A DNA stretch of 64,000 nucleotides from a virus. The notes below the pieces were generated by a model. It was given only the letters and a program-made list of their open reading frames with translations. It ran no database searches and was not told where the DNA came from. Within the stretch, counting starts at the first letter, position 1, and each line of letters begins with the position of its first letter. Of the stretch, positions 18,849 to 29,046 are shown in pieces. The position numbers and the translations under genes are program-made. The stretch spans positions 64,001 to 128,000 of the IMG/VR virus record IMGVR_UViG_3300010885_057925. One strand, written 5' to 3'.

Positions 18849-21215
18849 TTATCTGCTCCTCGCAGGTCCAAGCGTAGGACCCATATCGTAATTCGAATAG
18901 ACAACTTGAACGTAATAGTTCACGGGCGTTGATTCGGAGGCTAGCGTTTCATCTATAAACATCATTTTCGTGTTTCCGTCGAAGTGAACAGCCCGAAGTG
19001 GCGCCAAAACCCCATTATAGTCCGCGTGCACGATAAGGTGATCTATTTTTCTATCATTCGGAAGAAGAGTCCAGCTTATTTCATTTCCTCTCTGGATTTT
19101 TCTAACGAATACCTCTCCTACCTCAGTGTCTTTACGTGGTATTTCTACAATGACGGCCACTGTGGTCGATGTTGCGCCGGCTATCATCTCGTCGCTTGTA
19201 GAAGATGACGGGTCGTCAGATATCCCTGTCGCTGATACGGCTCTCTTTTGAACCACATTAGACGATAGCACTCCCTTTCTCAGAGATTTTGGAGAGTTGT
19301 ATTTTTTGAGATTGGTGTCAAAATGCTTTCCAGTCTCAACGTCGACTCTGTTTAAATTTGTCTGACTAAAGATCGTGCTCGGTGATCTCACCAGCAGACG
19401 CGCGAAATATATGTACTTCCTACCGGGAACAATATCAGACACGTTGTAGACGCTTCTAGTTCTTGAGCTGTCCTCGAAGACTCCAGAGTTGACGACGCCA
19501 AAATTTTCGACTTGGCCAGTGACGCAATCGAACCTTACGATCTCCAGAGCTGTGAGTTTGTTGAGAAGCTCGCGATTAGATTTAATCTCATTGAGATACT
19601 GCGAGCTTAGTCCGGTCGAGACCAATAATTCATAGACTTGATCTAAAGTTGTTTTCGATGATGACACATCGATTTGAAACGTGACCGTCTTTCCAGAGCC
19701 GTCAGATTCGATTCTGTAATCTTGACTTATCAGAGATTTAGACTCTTCGATGCTCTTGCTGCCGACGTAATGAACCACTGTCGATCGCTGAGATTCATAC
19801 ACATTTCCTCGGATATCGATCAACGCCACCTTGTATTCGAAAGCGGTGTCAGGCCTGAGAGGTTTGTCAAAAAATGAGGTGCTTGACGTCTCTTTATCGA
19901 GAGCTTTCTGATTGCTTCCGTCTACAGATGCAGGGACAGTGAACTCTTTTTCTCGAGTTGTCAGATTTCTTCTTACGATTCTTGTCGCTATCACGCCGTA
20001 CGGAATATTGTGAACGGCAACTTGTATCCCGCTGGATGTCTCATACGCGAAGATCGTAACAGGATCTTCAACGTTCTTCTGCTTTGACAATTTGCTTTTC
20101 GCGATTGTAGAGCTTGAAAATTCTCCGATTGTCTTTCCGGAAGCGTCGTATGAAACAGCGCGGTAAATTCCTGACTGGGCAGATGTCATCGTATCGGGAA
20201 TGTTGAAGGTATCCCCGGAGGACGCGCTCAAATTAGCGATCAGCTCATATGAATCTTCGGTAGCAACGTCTTTGTTTAGAGATTTTCTGTATATCCGAAT
20301 TCCCGCAGCTCGAGGATCCAGCTGCTTGACTCCGATTTTTCTCTTTGTTCCGTTGTCGATGACTGAGATCTTGGGGGCGATCGATGGAACCATCGCATCC
20401 CTTAGCAAGCTCGAGAAATCAACGATCTGATCGATACGCTGAGCGCTGACGCTACCTTTCATAGCTTTCGCTACGACGTTGTAACTGCCAACTCTATCAT
20501 TAGGTATGTACACATCGATCGGGACGGTCACGAAAGTTATCGCTTGCTCCGCTCTTTCAATAGAAGAAAACGTGTTTCCGCTCTTTTGCATTTCTGATCT
20601 CGCAACTTCGAAATGCAGATCTGCGTTGCTGTAATTTCCAGTTGTTCTAATTCCTGATACGCTCTTGGAAAGCGGAGCGTGAAATGGTTTGGAGTTCAGC
20701 TCGCCAGCCGGGTCTTTTTTCTTGTACTCCGCGATTGTCTTATATGAGCTCTTTGCGATTGCAGAGTTAGGAACTACGTTGGCGCTCGCGCCAGACCTAA
20801 CTATCGGTGGCCTGATCGAGTTTTGAGAATTTGAAAGACGAACTGTTGTCAGCTTCTTAAGCTGAGCCCCTGCTTTAATCTCTCGAAGCCTGTCATTCGG
20901 CAAATACTTCGTTATGTCCGACCTGCCAGAATAGACGACAAGATCTTTGTCGCGCTTTAATTTCTCGGAACGTAATGCTGCAACCTGATAGATTCCGGCT
21001 GAATTTGTAGCAGAGAGCTTGGGCGTCGTAACTTTCTCCACGTCCGCCGGCATTACTTCGTAATCCAAAAACAGGATATTATTTTTCACAGCGATCGTAG
21101 CGTCAACGTCAATATAGACCCTGAACATGACGCTTCCGTCCTTAGAACCGATTGCCTCGGGTAAGGTCGAGCTTTTCTTTATCGCCTGAAGCTGAGATTT
21201 AGACTTTAGTCTCAC
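18849..21215 (-). CDS. Putative virion protein with Fn3-like repeats
   Basis: GIRIYRK, FFDKPLRPDTAFEYKVALID, IVPGRKYIYFARLL, VNYYVQVV beta-sandwich patterns. Confidence 0.55.
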   Translation of the reverse strand: MRLKSKSQLQAIKKSSTLPEAIGSKDGSVMFRVYIDVDATIAVKNNILFLDYEVMPADVEKVTTPKLSATNSAGIYQVAALRSEKLKRDKDLVVYSGRSDITKYLPNDRLREIKAGAQLKKLTTVRLSNSQNSIRPPIVRSGASANVVPNSAIAKSSYKTIAEYKKKDPAGELNSKPFHAPLSKSVSGIRTTGNYSNADLHFEVARSEMQKSGNTFSSIERAEQAITFVTVPIDVYIPNDRVGSYNVVAKAMKGSVSAQRIDQIVDFSSLLRDAMVPSIAPKISVIDNGTKRKIGVKQLDPRAAGIRIYRKSLNKDVATEDSYELIANLSASSGDTFNIPDTMTSAQSGIYRAVSYDASGKTIGEFSSSTIAKSKLSKQKNVEDPVTIFAYETSSGIQVAVHNIPYGVIATRIVRRNLTTREKEFTVPASVDGSNQKALDKETSSTSFFDKPLRPDTAFEYKVALIDIRGNVYESQRSTVVHYVGSKSIEESKSLISQDYRIESDGSGKTVTFQIDVSSSKTTLDQVYELLVSTGLSSQYLNEIKSNRELLNKLTALEIVRFDCVTGQVENFGVVNSGVFEDSSRTRSVYNVSDIVPGRKYIYFARLLVRSPSTIFSQTNLNRVDVETGKHFDTNLKKYNSPKSLRKGVLSSNVVQKRAVSATGISDDPSSSTSDEMIAGATSTTVAVIVEIPRKDTEVGEVFVRKIQRGNEISWTLLPNDRKIDHLIVHADYNGVLAPLRAVHFDGNTKMMFIDETLASESTPVNYYVQVVYSNYDMGPTLGPARSR

Positions 21216-21218
21216 TTT

Positions 21219-22139
21219 TTACTCCAGCTCCAATGTGAACATGTTGATGAAAGTTGGATCGTTCGAGCTGTCAAAATAGATCTTACCGAGGAATATCGTT
21301 CTAACAAGCTTCTGCGGATCTGTCAAAGAACTTCTGTATCCGTAATCGATCGCGTCCAACTTGTTGATTAAGGAATCCGTTCCTATCTCAAACGCCTGCA
21401 TGATAAAATTGTTCTCGCTTGACGCCTCCAAGAACGTTATCTCTGCGCTCTCAAGCTGAGACAAGCGCGACTGCATCGCGATTCTGTCGGTATCACTCTT
21501 CTCATTGTAATCAGGATAATTAGCCAGCGTCTTACCAGCTAGAGCTCCAGCTGAGTTGACGGGTGGAAGGTATTTGAAGTTTGGAAGATTGGAGAGTCGC
21601 ATATCATTCTGCAGTGACTCTATCGAATCTAGGGTGGCCCACTCGACGTCGCCGCGGGAAGAATCGAAGGGAAATCCATCACGAACATTGAATGTGATGG
21701 AGGGCTGAGACACCTGGAACCCTGTGGTTTCAGCAAGTGGGTCATTCGTTCCGATTATCTGATTCCAGCCAAGCGACTGCGTGATTGACTGTAGCAGGAA
21801 GTCTGAAGCCTGGGATATGCTGCCGACCAGATTGGTAGATCCGGAGAGAAGATTCCCGCCAGCAGAGACGGCGATCCCATCTCCAGTGAACGGTCTCAGG
21901 TATCCGGAGTCGTCCGTCTCGAATGTTATCATGTCCGCAGATACATCACCTAGTGCTTCCAGGTATATCTTGGATGATGGATCCTCTATTGATCCGTCTG
22001 TTGTCGCATCGTAAGAAGCTCCAAGATCTGTGAACGTTGCGTACTCGATCTTCATCCTTCCAGATGCGATCTGACGTCGTCCCTGCTGAGTGAGAACGAC
22101 GTCCATGATCCTTGATTTCGGGTCGAGTATACCTGCCAT
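21219..22139 (-). CDS. Virion structural protein (paralog of 12618..13328)
   Basis: MAGILDPKSRIMDVVLTQQGRRQIASG..IEYATFTD N-terminus. Confidence 0.65.
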   Translation of the reverse strand: MAGILDPKSRIMDVVLTQQGRRQIASGRMKIEYATFTDLGASYDATTDGSIEDPSSKIYLEALGDVSADMITFETDDSGYLRPFTGDGIAVSAGGNLLSGSTNLVGSISQASDFLLQSITQSLGWNQIIGTNDPLAETTGFQVSQPSITFNVRDGFPFDSSRGDVEWATLDSIESLQNDMRLSNLPNFKYLPPVNSAGALAGKTLANYPDYNEKSDTDRIAMQSRLSQLESAEITFLEASSENNFIMQAFEIGTDSLINKLDAIDYGYRSSLTDPQKLVRTIFLGKIYFDSSNDPTFINMFTLELE

Positions 22140-22184
22140 CTATTTGCACCACCAACCTTAATTATCAGCGGCGCAAGTTCTCAG

Positions 22185-25100
22185 TTAAAGCTTGGTGATC
22201 GTAAGAATTGTATCCTCGGCAGACTGAATTTCTGAGTCGGTCGCGAGCTCGAGATATGAAGTTCCACCTGACGTTGTTGAGGTCTTGGCTTGCATCTTCA
22301 GTGTGGTTCCAGCTGCCAAGAAAACAGTTTTGCTTATTGTGATCGCGCTGGATGCGTAAGCGGCGGACGAGACGGCGTATGCGGCGAGAGTGGCTGACAG
22401 TGAGGAGGTGCTGGAGCTCCAAACCGTGGGGGTAGCTCCACTCTTCAATATCTGAGCAGAGCATATTGCCGAGTATGTTGATCCCTTCGTGACGTTCTTT
22501 ACTCTGAACGCTGCTTGAAGCTCGATCTTGTATCTTCCGCTTTCATTTATCGTGAAAGTTGTCGCAGACTTAGAGCTTGCCGCCGTCAGGATGTCGCTTT
22601 CATTTGTGATGACGTCAGCGAGGTACATGTCCTTGTAGCTTGTTGTGAGCTCAACGTCAGATGTCGAAGAATCTGATCCGAGAGCGACGCAGTAAACTTT
22701 GATACCAGGGCCTGTCTTAGACTTGGTGACGTTGTAGATTTTCGTTACTGTAGAGCCGCTGTAAGTAGCCCGCATTGTGAATGACGTCGAGTCCGCGTTC
22801 CAGGTTACGCATGACAACGAGAACTGGCCGGTAGTCTTATTCAGGTTCAGCTGAAGCTCGTCGATGTAAGCAATGTAATCATTGCCAGACAGCTCACCGC
22901 CCGGGATGCTGAACGTACATGCCGCTGTCACGTCGGTCTTTCCGTTGTACACCTTGAAATATCCGCCGCCGAGGGCTGTCAAGTTCTCTGCGGTGACGAT
23001 TCCACTCGAGTTTGCCGGAATGACCGCGACCTCTTTGGTGAGCTGTCCGGTAAGCGAAGATTCACCGGCGGTTCCCTTGAACGATGACCCGTTCAGCGTC
23101 CAAGTTGAGGAGTTGGTGCGAGTGTAGACCTTGTGGTTGACCGTATCGATGAGTGTGTCACCGACTTCGCAACCATAGCTTGTTGCTCCAGTTGGAGAGC
23201 CAGAAGCTGATATCGCGGATGACGCTACTACTTTCTTCCCGTTGGAGCCGTCCGTTCCATCTTTCCCGTTGCTACCTGGCAGTCCGTCGGCACCGTTAAT
23301 ACCGTTAGCACCGGCAACGCCACCGCGGGCTTTCGTTACCTTGTACACCTTGGTGTACGTCACGCCGTTGTGGATCGCGCGCATCGTAAATTTCGCGAAA
23401 GGTTGGGTCCAGTTAGCTCCAGACAGTGAGTAAGCTCCACCTGATGTGATCGAGAGAGTGAGACCGTTGACAGTAGCGCTTGAGCTTGTGCCCGACGTGC
23501 TGGTGTAGTAAGTGATCCCCGATGCTATCTTCGATCCGCCTGATCGAAGCTCAAACTCTCCCCCTGTATCAGAGAAGTCGTACCCAGCTCCATCGCTGTT
23601 GGTTGGAATAACATCGGAATCGTTCGTGAGCTGGGCAGATATTCCGTCTTTTCCGGGAGTGCCGTCGGTCCCATCCTTGCCGTTCGATCCGTTGCTTCCC
23701 TTAAATGCTAAGCCTGAGTTCCAAGATCCGGTTGCTTTCGTATGAACTTTGAAATTTGAGAGGTCGAGGTAGACTTCATCGTCGTCTCCGTCAGTGTTAG
23801 ACGGAGATCCATTCCCGAATTTAATTGACTTGCCGTTCAACCCAGGAGCACCATCGTTTCCCTTGAACGCAGAGCCTCCGCTCCAATATCCTGACGACTT
23901 TGTGTGAACTTTGAAATCGTTTAGATCAAAGTAGACTTCATCATCATCTCCCAGAGAATCGGATGGTGAACCGTTTCCGAACCTGACGGATTTACCGTTT
24001 AAACCGCTCTGACCGTCATTTCCTCTGAAGCCTAGTCCGATCCCCCACGATCCAGCTGATTTAGAATGAACTTTGAAGCTCGAAAGATCGAGGTAGACTT
24101 CATCGTCGTCTCCGTCAGAGTCCAATGGTGCCCCATTTCCGAACCTGAGAGACTTTCCGTTAATTCCGTTTTGACCGTTGTCTCCAGCGTCTCCCTTATC
24201 CCCTTTTCCTCCAGCAATGCTTCCTTGATCTTCCCAACCCGCTGATGTCCTTTTGTACATCCTCTTGTTGTTCGAATCTACTACGGTATCTCCCACTTTT
24301 GCAGACGCTAATATCGCGTTGGCAGACCACACTGTTTGAGAAAGCTCTGCGAGATTGACCGAATTGGAAAGAGAGACATTCTTTAATTCGCTCGGCTTGT
24401 ATGAATTTCTAGGATCCCAACGATCTCCCGGAACACCGGATGAGTTTCTCTTGTACCACTTGAAGTTTGTCACATCGTGGTAGAGGTCACCAGCTACAGC
24501 ATCACCGATGTCTGATGGGAGCTCTGAAGATGGATCGTCAGGATCACCGGATCCATCGAATACCGTCTTTCCGCTCTTTCCCTTATGGGATGTACGAGAG
24601 ACCCAAGCATCCGATGTCCTCTTGTAGAAGACATGGTTCAGAGTGTCAAGGTAGAGATCACCGTTTTTTACCTCAGACTCCTCGACCCCTGCATCAGCGA
24701 GAGCTGCAGCGTAGACAGTTGGGTTTGTTGGAGAGCCTGCGCCCTCTATAGTGGTTCGACCGTCGTTTCCGTTCGAACCGTTTGAACCGTTCAAACCGCT
24801 CGGTCCAATAGAGCCCAGATACGCGCTTCTGGCGTCCCATCTGTCTCCAGGGATACCGGACGAGTTTCTGCGGTGCCATTTGAAATTCACTACGTCGTGG
24901 TAGAGATCTCCCTCCTCTGCGTCAGAAATATCTGATGGAAGCTCTGAGGCTGGGTCATCCGGATCTCCCGACCCTTCGAATATCGTTCTGCCCCTCTTAC
25001 CCTTGTGAGACGATCTTGAGACCCAGGCGCCAGACACTCTCTTGTAGAAGACGTGATCCGCAGTGTCGAGGAATAAATCACCGTTTTGAACGCCAGAAGA

Positions 25101-25472
25101 CGTTATACCGGCTTCAGAGAGAGCTGCTGCGTAGACAGTTGGGTTCGACGGAGGACCATTACCCTCAAGTGTGGTTCTTCCGTTTGCACCATTCGCTCCG
25201 CCTGAGCCCGAGCCCCCCATCTCAAATCCATCATCCCACCCCGAGAAATCTTTAACATGAATCTTTTTATTGACAGAGTCAAGGTAAATAGACCCATTTT
25301 TTCCTAGCTCTAATGATGGAAGTCCCGATCCAACGTGAACATTTGAAGCCGCTGCATCCGCAAAGCTAGAGGGCGCCTCGGTCAGATCTCCCACGATGAT
25401 AGTATACGTCGAGACCGCGTCTCTGATCGTGTACGTTTTTCCGGGTTCAATTTTAGCCATTTTCTTGTTCAT
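22185..25472 (-). CDS. Repeat-rich tail fibre / collagen-like protein with C-terminal C1q/BclA-like domain
   Basis: Many G.G.P..G..GDLYLD..Y.K..W fibre repeats, GXY runs (GLNGSNGSNGNDG, GANGINGADGLPGSNGKDGTDG), C-terminal TFTINESGRYKI..TVFLAAGTTLKM..LTITKL. Confidence 0.75.
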   Translation of the reverse strand: MNKKMAKIEPGKTYTIRDAVSTYTIIVGDLTEAPSSFADAAASNVHVGSGLPSLELGKNGSIYLDSVNKKIHVKDFSGWDDGFEMGGSGSGGANGANGRTTLEGNGPPSNPTVYAAALSEAGITSSGVQNGDLFLDTADHVFYKRVSGAWVSRSSHKGKRGRTIFEGSGDPDDPASELPSDISDAEEGDLYHDVVNFKWHRRNSSGIPGDRWDARSAYLGSIGPSGLNGSNGSNGNDGRTTIEGAGSPTNPTVYAAALADAGVEESEVKNGDLYLDTLNHVFYKRTSDAWVSRTSHKGKSGKTVFDGSGDPDDPSSELPSDIGDAVAGDLYHDVTNFKWYKRNSSGVPGDRWDPRNSYKPSELKNVSLSNSVNLAELSQTVWSANAILASAKVGDTVVDSNNKRMYKRTSAGWEDQGSIAGGKGDKGDAGDNGQNGINGKSLRFGNGAPLDSDGDDDEVYLDLSSFKVHSKSAGSWGIGLGFRGNDGQSGLNGKSVRFGNGSPSDSLGDDDEVYFDLNDFKVHTKSSGYWSGGSAFKGNDGAPGLNGKSIKFGNGSPSNTDGDDDEVYLDLSNFKVHTKATGSWNSGLAFKGSNGSNGKDGTDGTPGKDGISAQLTNDSDVIPTNSDGAGYDFSDTGGEFELRSGGSKIASGITYYTSTSGTSSSATVNGLTLSITSGGAYSLSGANWTQPFAKFTMRAIHNGVTYTKVYKVTKARGGVAGANGINGADGLPGSNGKDGTDGSNGKKVVASSAISASGSPTGATSYGCEVGDTLIDTVNHKVYTRTNSSTWTLNGSSFKGTAGESSLTGQLTKEVAVIPANSSGIVTAENLTALGGGYFKVYNGKTDVTAACTFSIPGGELSGNDYIAYIDELQLNLNKTTGQFSLSCVTWNADSTSFTMRATYSGSTVTKIYNVTKSKTGPGIKVYCVALGSDSSTSDVELTTSYKDMYLADVITNESDILTAASSKSATTFTINESGRYKIELQAAFRVKNVTKGSTYSAICSAQILKSGATPTVWSSSTSSLSATLAAYAVSSAAYASSAITISKTVFLAAGTTLKMQAKTSTTSGGTSYLELATDSEIQSAEDTILTITKL
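23680..24165 (-). repeat. Three diverged 162-bp (54-aa) tandem units in the fibre gene
   Basis: gtagacttcatc at 23769, 23931 and 24093; peptide NGKS..FGNG.P....GDDDEVY.DL..FKVH.K..G.W three times. Confidence 0.9.
24400..25184 (-). repeat. Two diverged 420-bp (140-aa) tandem units in the fibre gene
   Basis: gagctgc(t/a)gcgtagacagttgggtt at 25121 and 24701; near-identical peptides NPTVYAAAL..HVFYKR..GSGDPDDP.SELPSDI..PGDRWD. Confidence 0.9.
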
Positions 25473-25490
25473 TTTCGCTCTCTAGGTTTG

Positions 25491-28400
25491 CTATATGATC
25501 AGATCATCGTCTGGATTGTCAGACCTATTTCTAGCCGTCCCATCATCAAAATATGGAAGAGATGACGTTGCGAACGTGCTGACGTTCTGAGAATGTGTGT
25601 TCAGTGGACTGACGTTTTGCGAGCCTGACATGAACTTGCAAGCGATCGGAGGATTGGATCCGGCGAAAGCTGTGTCTTTTCTTTGCTCCAGAACGTCCCT
25701 GGCAAAACCGAAATGACCCGGTAGAAATACGAAGCTCGAAGTTTCCTGGTTGATATTAGAGATACCATAGCGATACGTGCCCTGGCGAATTGGGCCGTCG
25801 TACCTTGCTAGGCCAAAATTAGCCCTGTGCTTGATAACTCCGTTGGAGATACCAGAAAGCTCAGCCCTTGAGAGAGCCGCAGCCTCGGATGACGTTAAAG
25901 CCCTTCCCTTCCAGACATGAAGAGCGTGGATGTAACCGTTGAACTCTTTCGTTTCATCAGGTTCCCATGAGCCATTCTTTTTCCCAGCAGCCACCAGAAT
26001 CCTGGAGCTTAAACTGGAATACATTACTGTTCCAGTATGGCCCGACGACTCATCTATCTTAGCTCTCAGCGTTCCGTTTATGTATATGTTCATTCCCGCG
26101 CCGGTAGTTTTGGTTTTATCACCGTCATATGTGACCGTAACGTTTGTCCAGTTCGTACTGATCGGAAACGTAGTTGTCCTTGCACCCTTGTAGGTGCTAT
26201 TTCCGTTGTCGTATATTCTGAAGTGAACAAATCCAGAGGAATCGAGCCAGACCCTGTACTCAGTGTTGAATGGTGTGGAAGTGCCGGGGACCGACCTCTC
26301 GATCAGAACCATCTCCGTTGAAGACGAGTCGGACTTGAAAGTTATGGATAGCGTGAACGCAGAATCGACAACCCCGTTTGTCATTCTGTGGTCTGGTATC
26401 GAAGACGTTGCGGCAACGTAGCTGACGTTGATGTCTAGAGCGGCAGGCGGGAAATACAGTGAACCATCACTGAGAAGACCCGAGACCGGGACGTCGGTAG
26501 ATTCGGTCGGAGATGGATGGACGGATCCCGTGCTATCAGGTCGAGGGGTGAGATCTAGATGGTTGTATTGGCCAGACAGATCGTAAAGAACTCCATCGTC
26601 CGAACCAGTGAAGAAATAACTCGAGACCAACGACGTTGAAAGATCGTAGCTCAATCTATCAGGATCGGTGGCGGGAATAAAAGCTTGCCTGTAGTTGGGC
26701 TTTACGACCCCTGGAGATTGCGAGTTAAAAGCATATCTTGTCAAGAACACGGTCTTTAGAGAGTCCAGAGTCTTTCCCGTGAGGTCGACGGGGTCTGACA
26801 GTATGTCATTCGCACCCGAGTCAACTATCGAGACAAGAGCTGCAGTTTTTTCAATTCTGCGAGCAGGATTTTCCTCGAACGGAAACTGCTTCAGCGCGGA
26901 CTCGAAGTTAGCGCCTGTCTCATAGATGAGCTCAGCATCACCAGGATACCTTAAGACTGCGTCTCCACGATATTGATACTGAGACTTTGCGGGAGCGATG
27001 TTTACAACATCGAAATAGTCAGGTAGGCAGCTGTCGTAGATGATCTCAGTAGAGTCAACGTATCTTTCGAATCTCTGAAGTGATCCAGTCACTCCAGCTT
27101 GGCCCAGAGAGACTCTGCTTATCACTCGACGAGAGTTATCCTCGCTCTGTGTTACGAAGAGCAGCCCATCTGACACGGGTGTGAGCATGCTTCCCGTGAT
27201 GATCCCGTCGAGGTAAGATCCGTAGTACGACGAGACGGGTTCAATCTGGAAGCGATCAAGAACCGGCTCTGCACCGACGATCTCATGAATGGAGTCGGAG
27301 GAAAGATTTTGATTGAGAGAGTGATGAAATTGCTTTTCGTCTTGAATGAGAGATCCATAAAGGACAACTTTGCAAGTCTTGTTTTTCACTCTCAAAAATG
27401 AACCGGTTATATGAGAGAAATTTGAATTAAACAATACGGGGGCCACACCAGCCTCTATCCCGAATATTAATTCGTCATCTGGCATTAAAAGATACGGAGA
27501 AATATTAGATTGCGGTGTCGATGTTGAAAAATTTTGTCCAAAGCTGCTGGATGTCGGAGAGGCTGCTTCTCCACCGAATTTTCTAGTTGATCGAGAATCT
27601 AATCTTGAGTATTTTGCAGATATTTGACCGACGTCATCGCTAAGTTCGTTAGCGATGACGTATCCAGAGCTTCGAAACAGCCCTGGGTAATTTTGCGCTG
27701 ATGTTCCCCCTGGCCATGATGACATAAGAAAATTTGTTCCGCTTCCGTCAGCCTGCTGAATGATGGAAGTCCCTGCAAATTGGGAGCCGGCAACAGCTGG
27801 TTTCAAGTTCATCCGAATTGATCCCGTGAAAGATCCAACCGCGTATGTGTCAGTATACGGAAGACCAAAATCATGATCAAAAGCAGGAGTGTGTGAAATT
27901 CCGTGATACAACGACGCGGAATTCCAAAAAGTCATAGACCCTGAAAAAACTAAAAATCTTGAAGACCCTGATACGTCATTAAGGCTATCACGTAGATGTG
28001 ACTGCCTAGATTGTCTATAAGCGAAAAATACGTAATTGTCTATGTCTCTGTTGGATCCGCTTTTGACAACTGACGAAACTTGCGGTAGATGTGAGCTGGG
28101 GGCAACGCATCCGTTGATTCTTTGAGCTTGTATTTCACCGAAATTCACTTCGACAGATTCAAGCAAAAACGGATGCCTAATATAGCTAGAAAGCTTTAAA
28201 GATTGAGAACCAGTAGCGTGATATTTTGCGTCGAACGGAGCGCCTAACGAAAATGTGGGAGATCCGATTTTTGGATATCCCAAAGACTTTATTTGATTTT
28301 CGTCAGTTTCCGTCCCAAAATCAGTCGTAATCTGAAATTGCATTGGAAACGTCCCGCTTAGAGCTGCTAAAGACGAATTATCGATCGCGTAATCGTAATA

Positions 28401-29045
28401 TAGGGGCCCACCGGTTGTGGGATCTATCGATCCAATCTGTTCCCACACACGTTTCGTAAAGTTGTAATACAAAAACCCCGTATTATCGTCAGATATGGGC
28501 TGGCTCTCTGAGACATTCCTGCGACGAACGTTTCTCATCACCATCGCGTCAGATTGCGGCGTGATGTCTATCTCGATTGCGATCTTAGAGCGAACGGGAG
28601 AAGTGAAGCCAGGAAGAATATCAGGGTCGGTTCCGCTCAGGTAGAAATCCGTCGCAGGCATTGCTCGATTCTCGTCGAATGGTCCCATCTCCTCCACAGG
28701 TGAGTAATGCAGGTGAGTGGGATGCTGGAATGAGCGGATCGGAGCCGTGATCGATATGTCCGATTGCTCACCGATGATATCGACAGATTGCGTGATGAAA
28801 GAGCTGTTCCTTGGCAGCATCATCGGGAAAACTGGGTTTCCGTTTGAGACAAAGTCTATCGTTGTCCCGTCATTGAAGCTGACGTTTTTTGTTCCCGATC
28901 TCGTTGGATCTCCGGTCCTTCTGACAGTTGGATACGAGCCGGGATTATCATCAAGCTCATTGAGTAGAATTCGAGGTGATCGAACTATGAATCCAGAACC
29001 AGTTACAAAGCTGGACCCGGTTACGCTCTGTCTTATTCTCGGCAT
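25491..29045 (-). CDS. Virion structural protein with C-terminal LamG-like domain
   Basis: FTLSITFK..WTNVTVTYDG..IYINGT..FNGYIHALHVW..RALTSSE. Confidence 0.7.
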   Translation of the reverse strand: MPRIRQSVTGSSFVTGSGFIVRSPRILLNELDDNPGSYPTVRRTGDPTRSGTKNVSFNDGTTIDFVSNGNPVFPMMLPRNSSFITQSVDIIGEQSDISITAPIRSFQHPTHLHYSPVEEMGPFDENRAMPATDFYLSGTDPDILPGFTSPVRSKIAIEIDITPQSDAMVMRNVRRRNVSESQPISDDNTGFLYYNFTKRVWEQIGSIDPTTGGPLYYDYAIDNSSLAALSGTFPMQFQITTDFGTETDENQIKSLGYPKIGSPTFSLGAPFDAKYHATGSQSLKLSSYIRHPFLLESVEVNFGEIQAQRINGCVAPSSHLPQVSSVVKSGSNRDIDNYVFFAYRQSRQSHLRDSLNDVSGSSRFLVFSGSMTFWNSASLYHGISHTPAFDHDFGLPYTDTYAVGSFTGSIRMNLKPAVAGSQFAGTSIIQQADGSGTNFLMSSWPGGTSAQNYPGLFRSSGYVIANELSDDVGQISAKYSRLDSRSTRKFGGEAASPTSSSFGQNFSTSTPQSNISPYLLMPDDELIFGIEAGVAPVLFNSNFSHITGSFLRVKNKTCKVVLYGSLIQDEKQFHHSLNQNLSSDSIHEIVGAEPVLDRFQIEPVSSYYGSYLDGIITGSMLTPVSDGLLFVTQSEDNSRRVISRVSLGQAGVTGSLQRFERYVDSTEIIYDSCLPDYFDVVNIAPAKSQYQYRGDAVLRYPGDAELIYETGANFESALKQFPFEENPARRIEKTAALVSIVDSGANDILSDPVDLTGKTLDSLKTVFLTRYAFNSQSPGVVKPNYRQAFIPATDPDRLSYDLSTSLVSSYFFTGSDDGVLYDLSGQYNHLDLTPRPDSTGSVHPSPTESTDVPVSGLLSDGSLYFPPAALDINVSYVAATSSIPDHRMTNGVVDSAFTLSITFKSDSSSTEMVLIERSVPGTSTPFNTEYRVWLDSSGFVHFRIYDNGNSTYKGARTTTFPISTNWTNVTVTYDGDKTKTTGAGMNIYINGTLRAKIDESSGHTGTVMYSSLSSRILVAAGKKNGSWEPDETKEFNGYIHALHVWKGRALTSSEAAALSRAELSGISNGVIKHRANFGLARYDGPIRQGTYRYGISNINQETSSFVFLPGHFGFARDVLEQRKDTAFAGSNPPIACKFMSGSQNVSPLNTHSQNVSTFATSSLPYFDDGTARNRSDNPDDDLII

Positions 29046-29046
29046 C

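Noticed and set aside
23680-25184. Repeats as a CRISPR array or DGR template/variable pair
   Set aside because: Periods are multiples of three, copies diverge at all bases within one ORF, and no spacers or reverse transcriptase are present.
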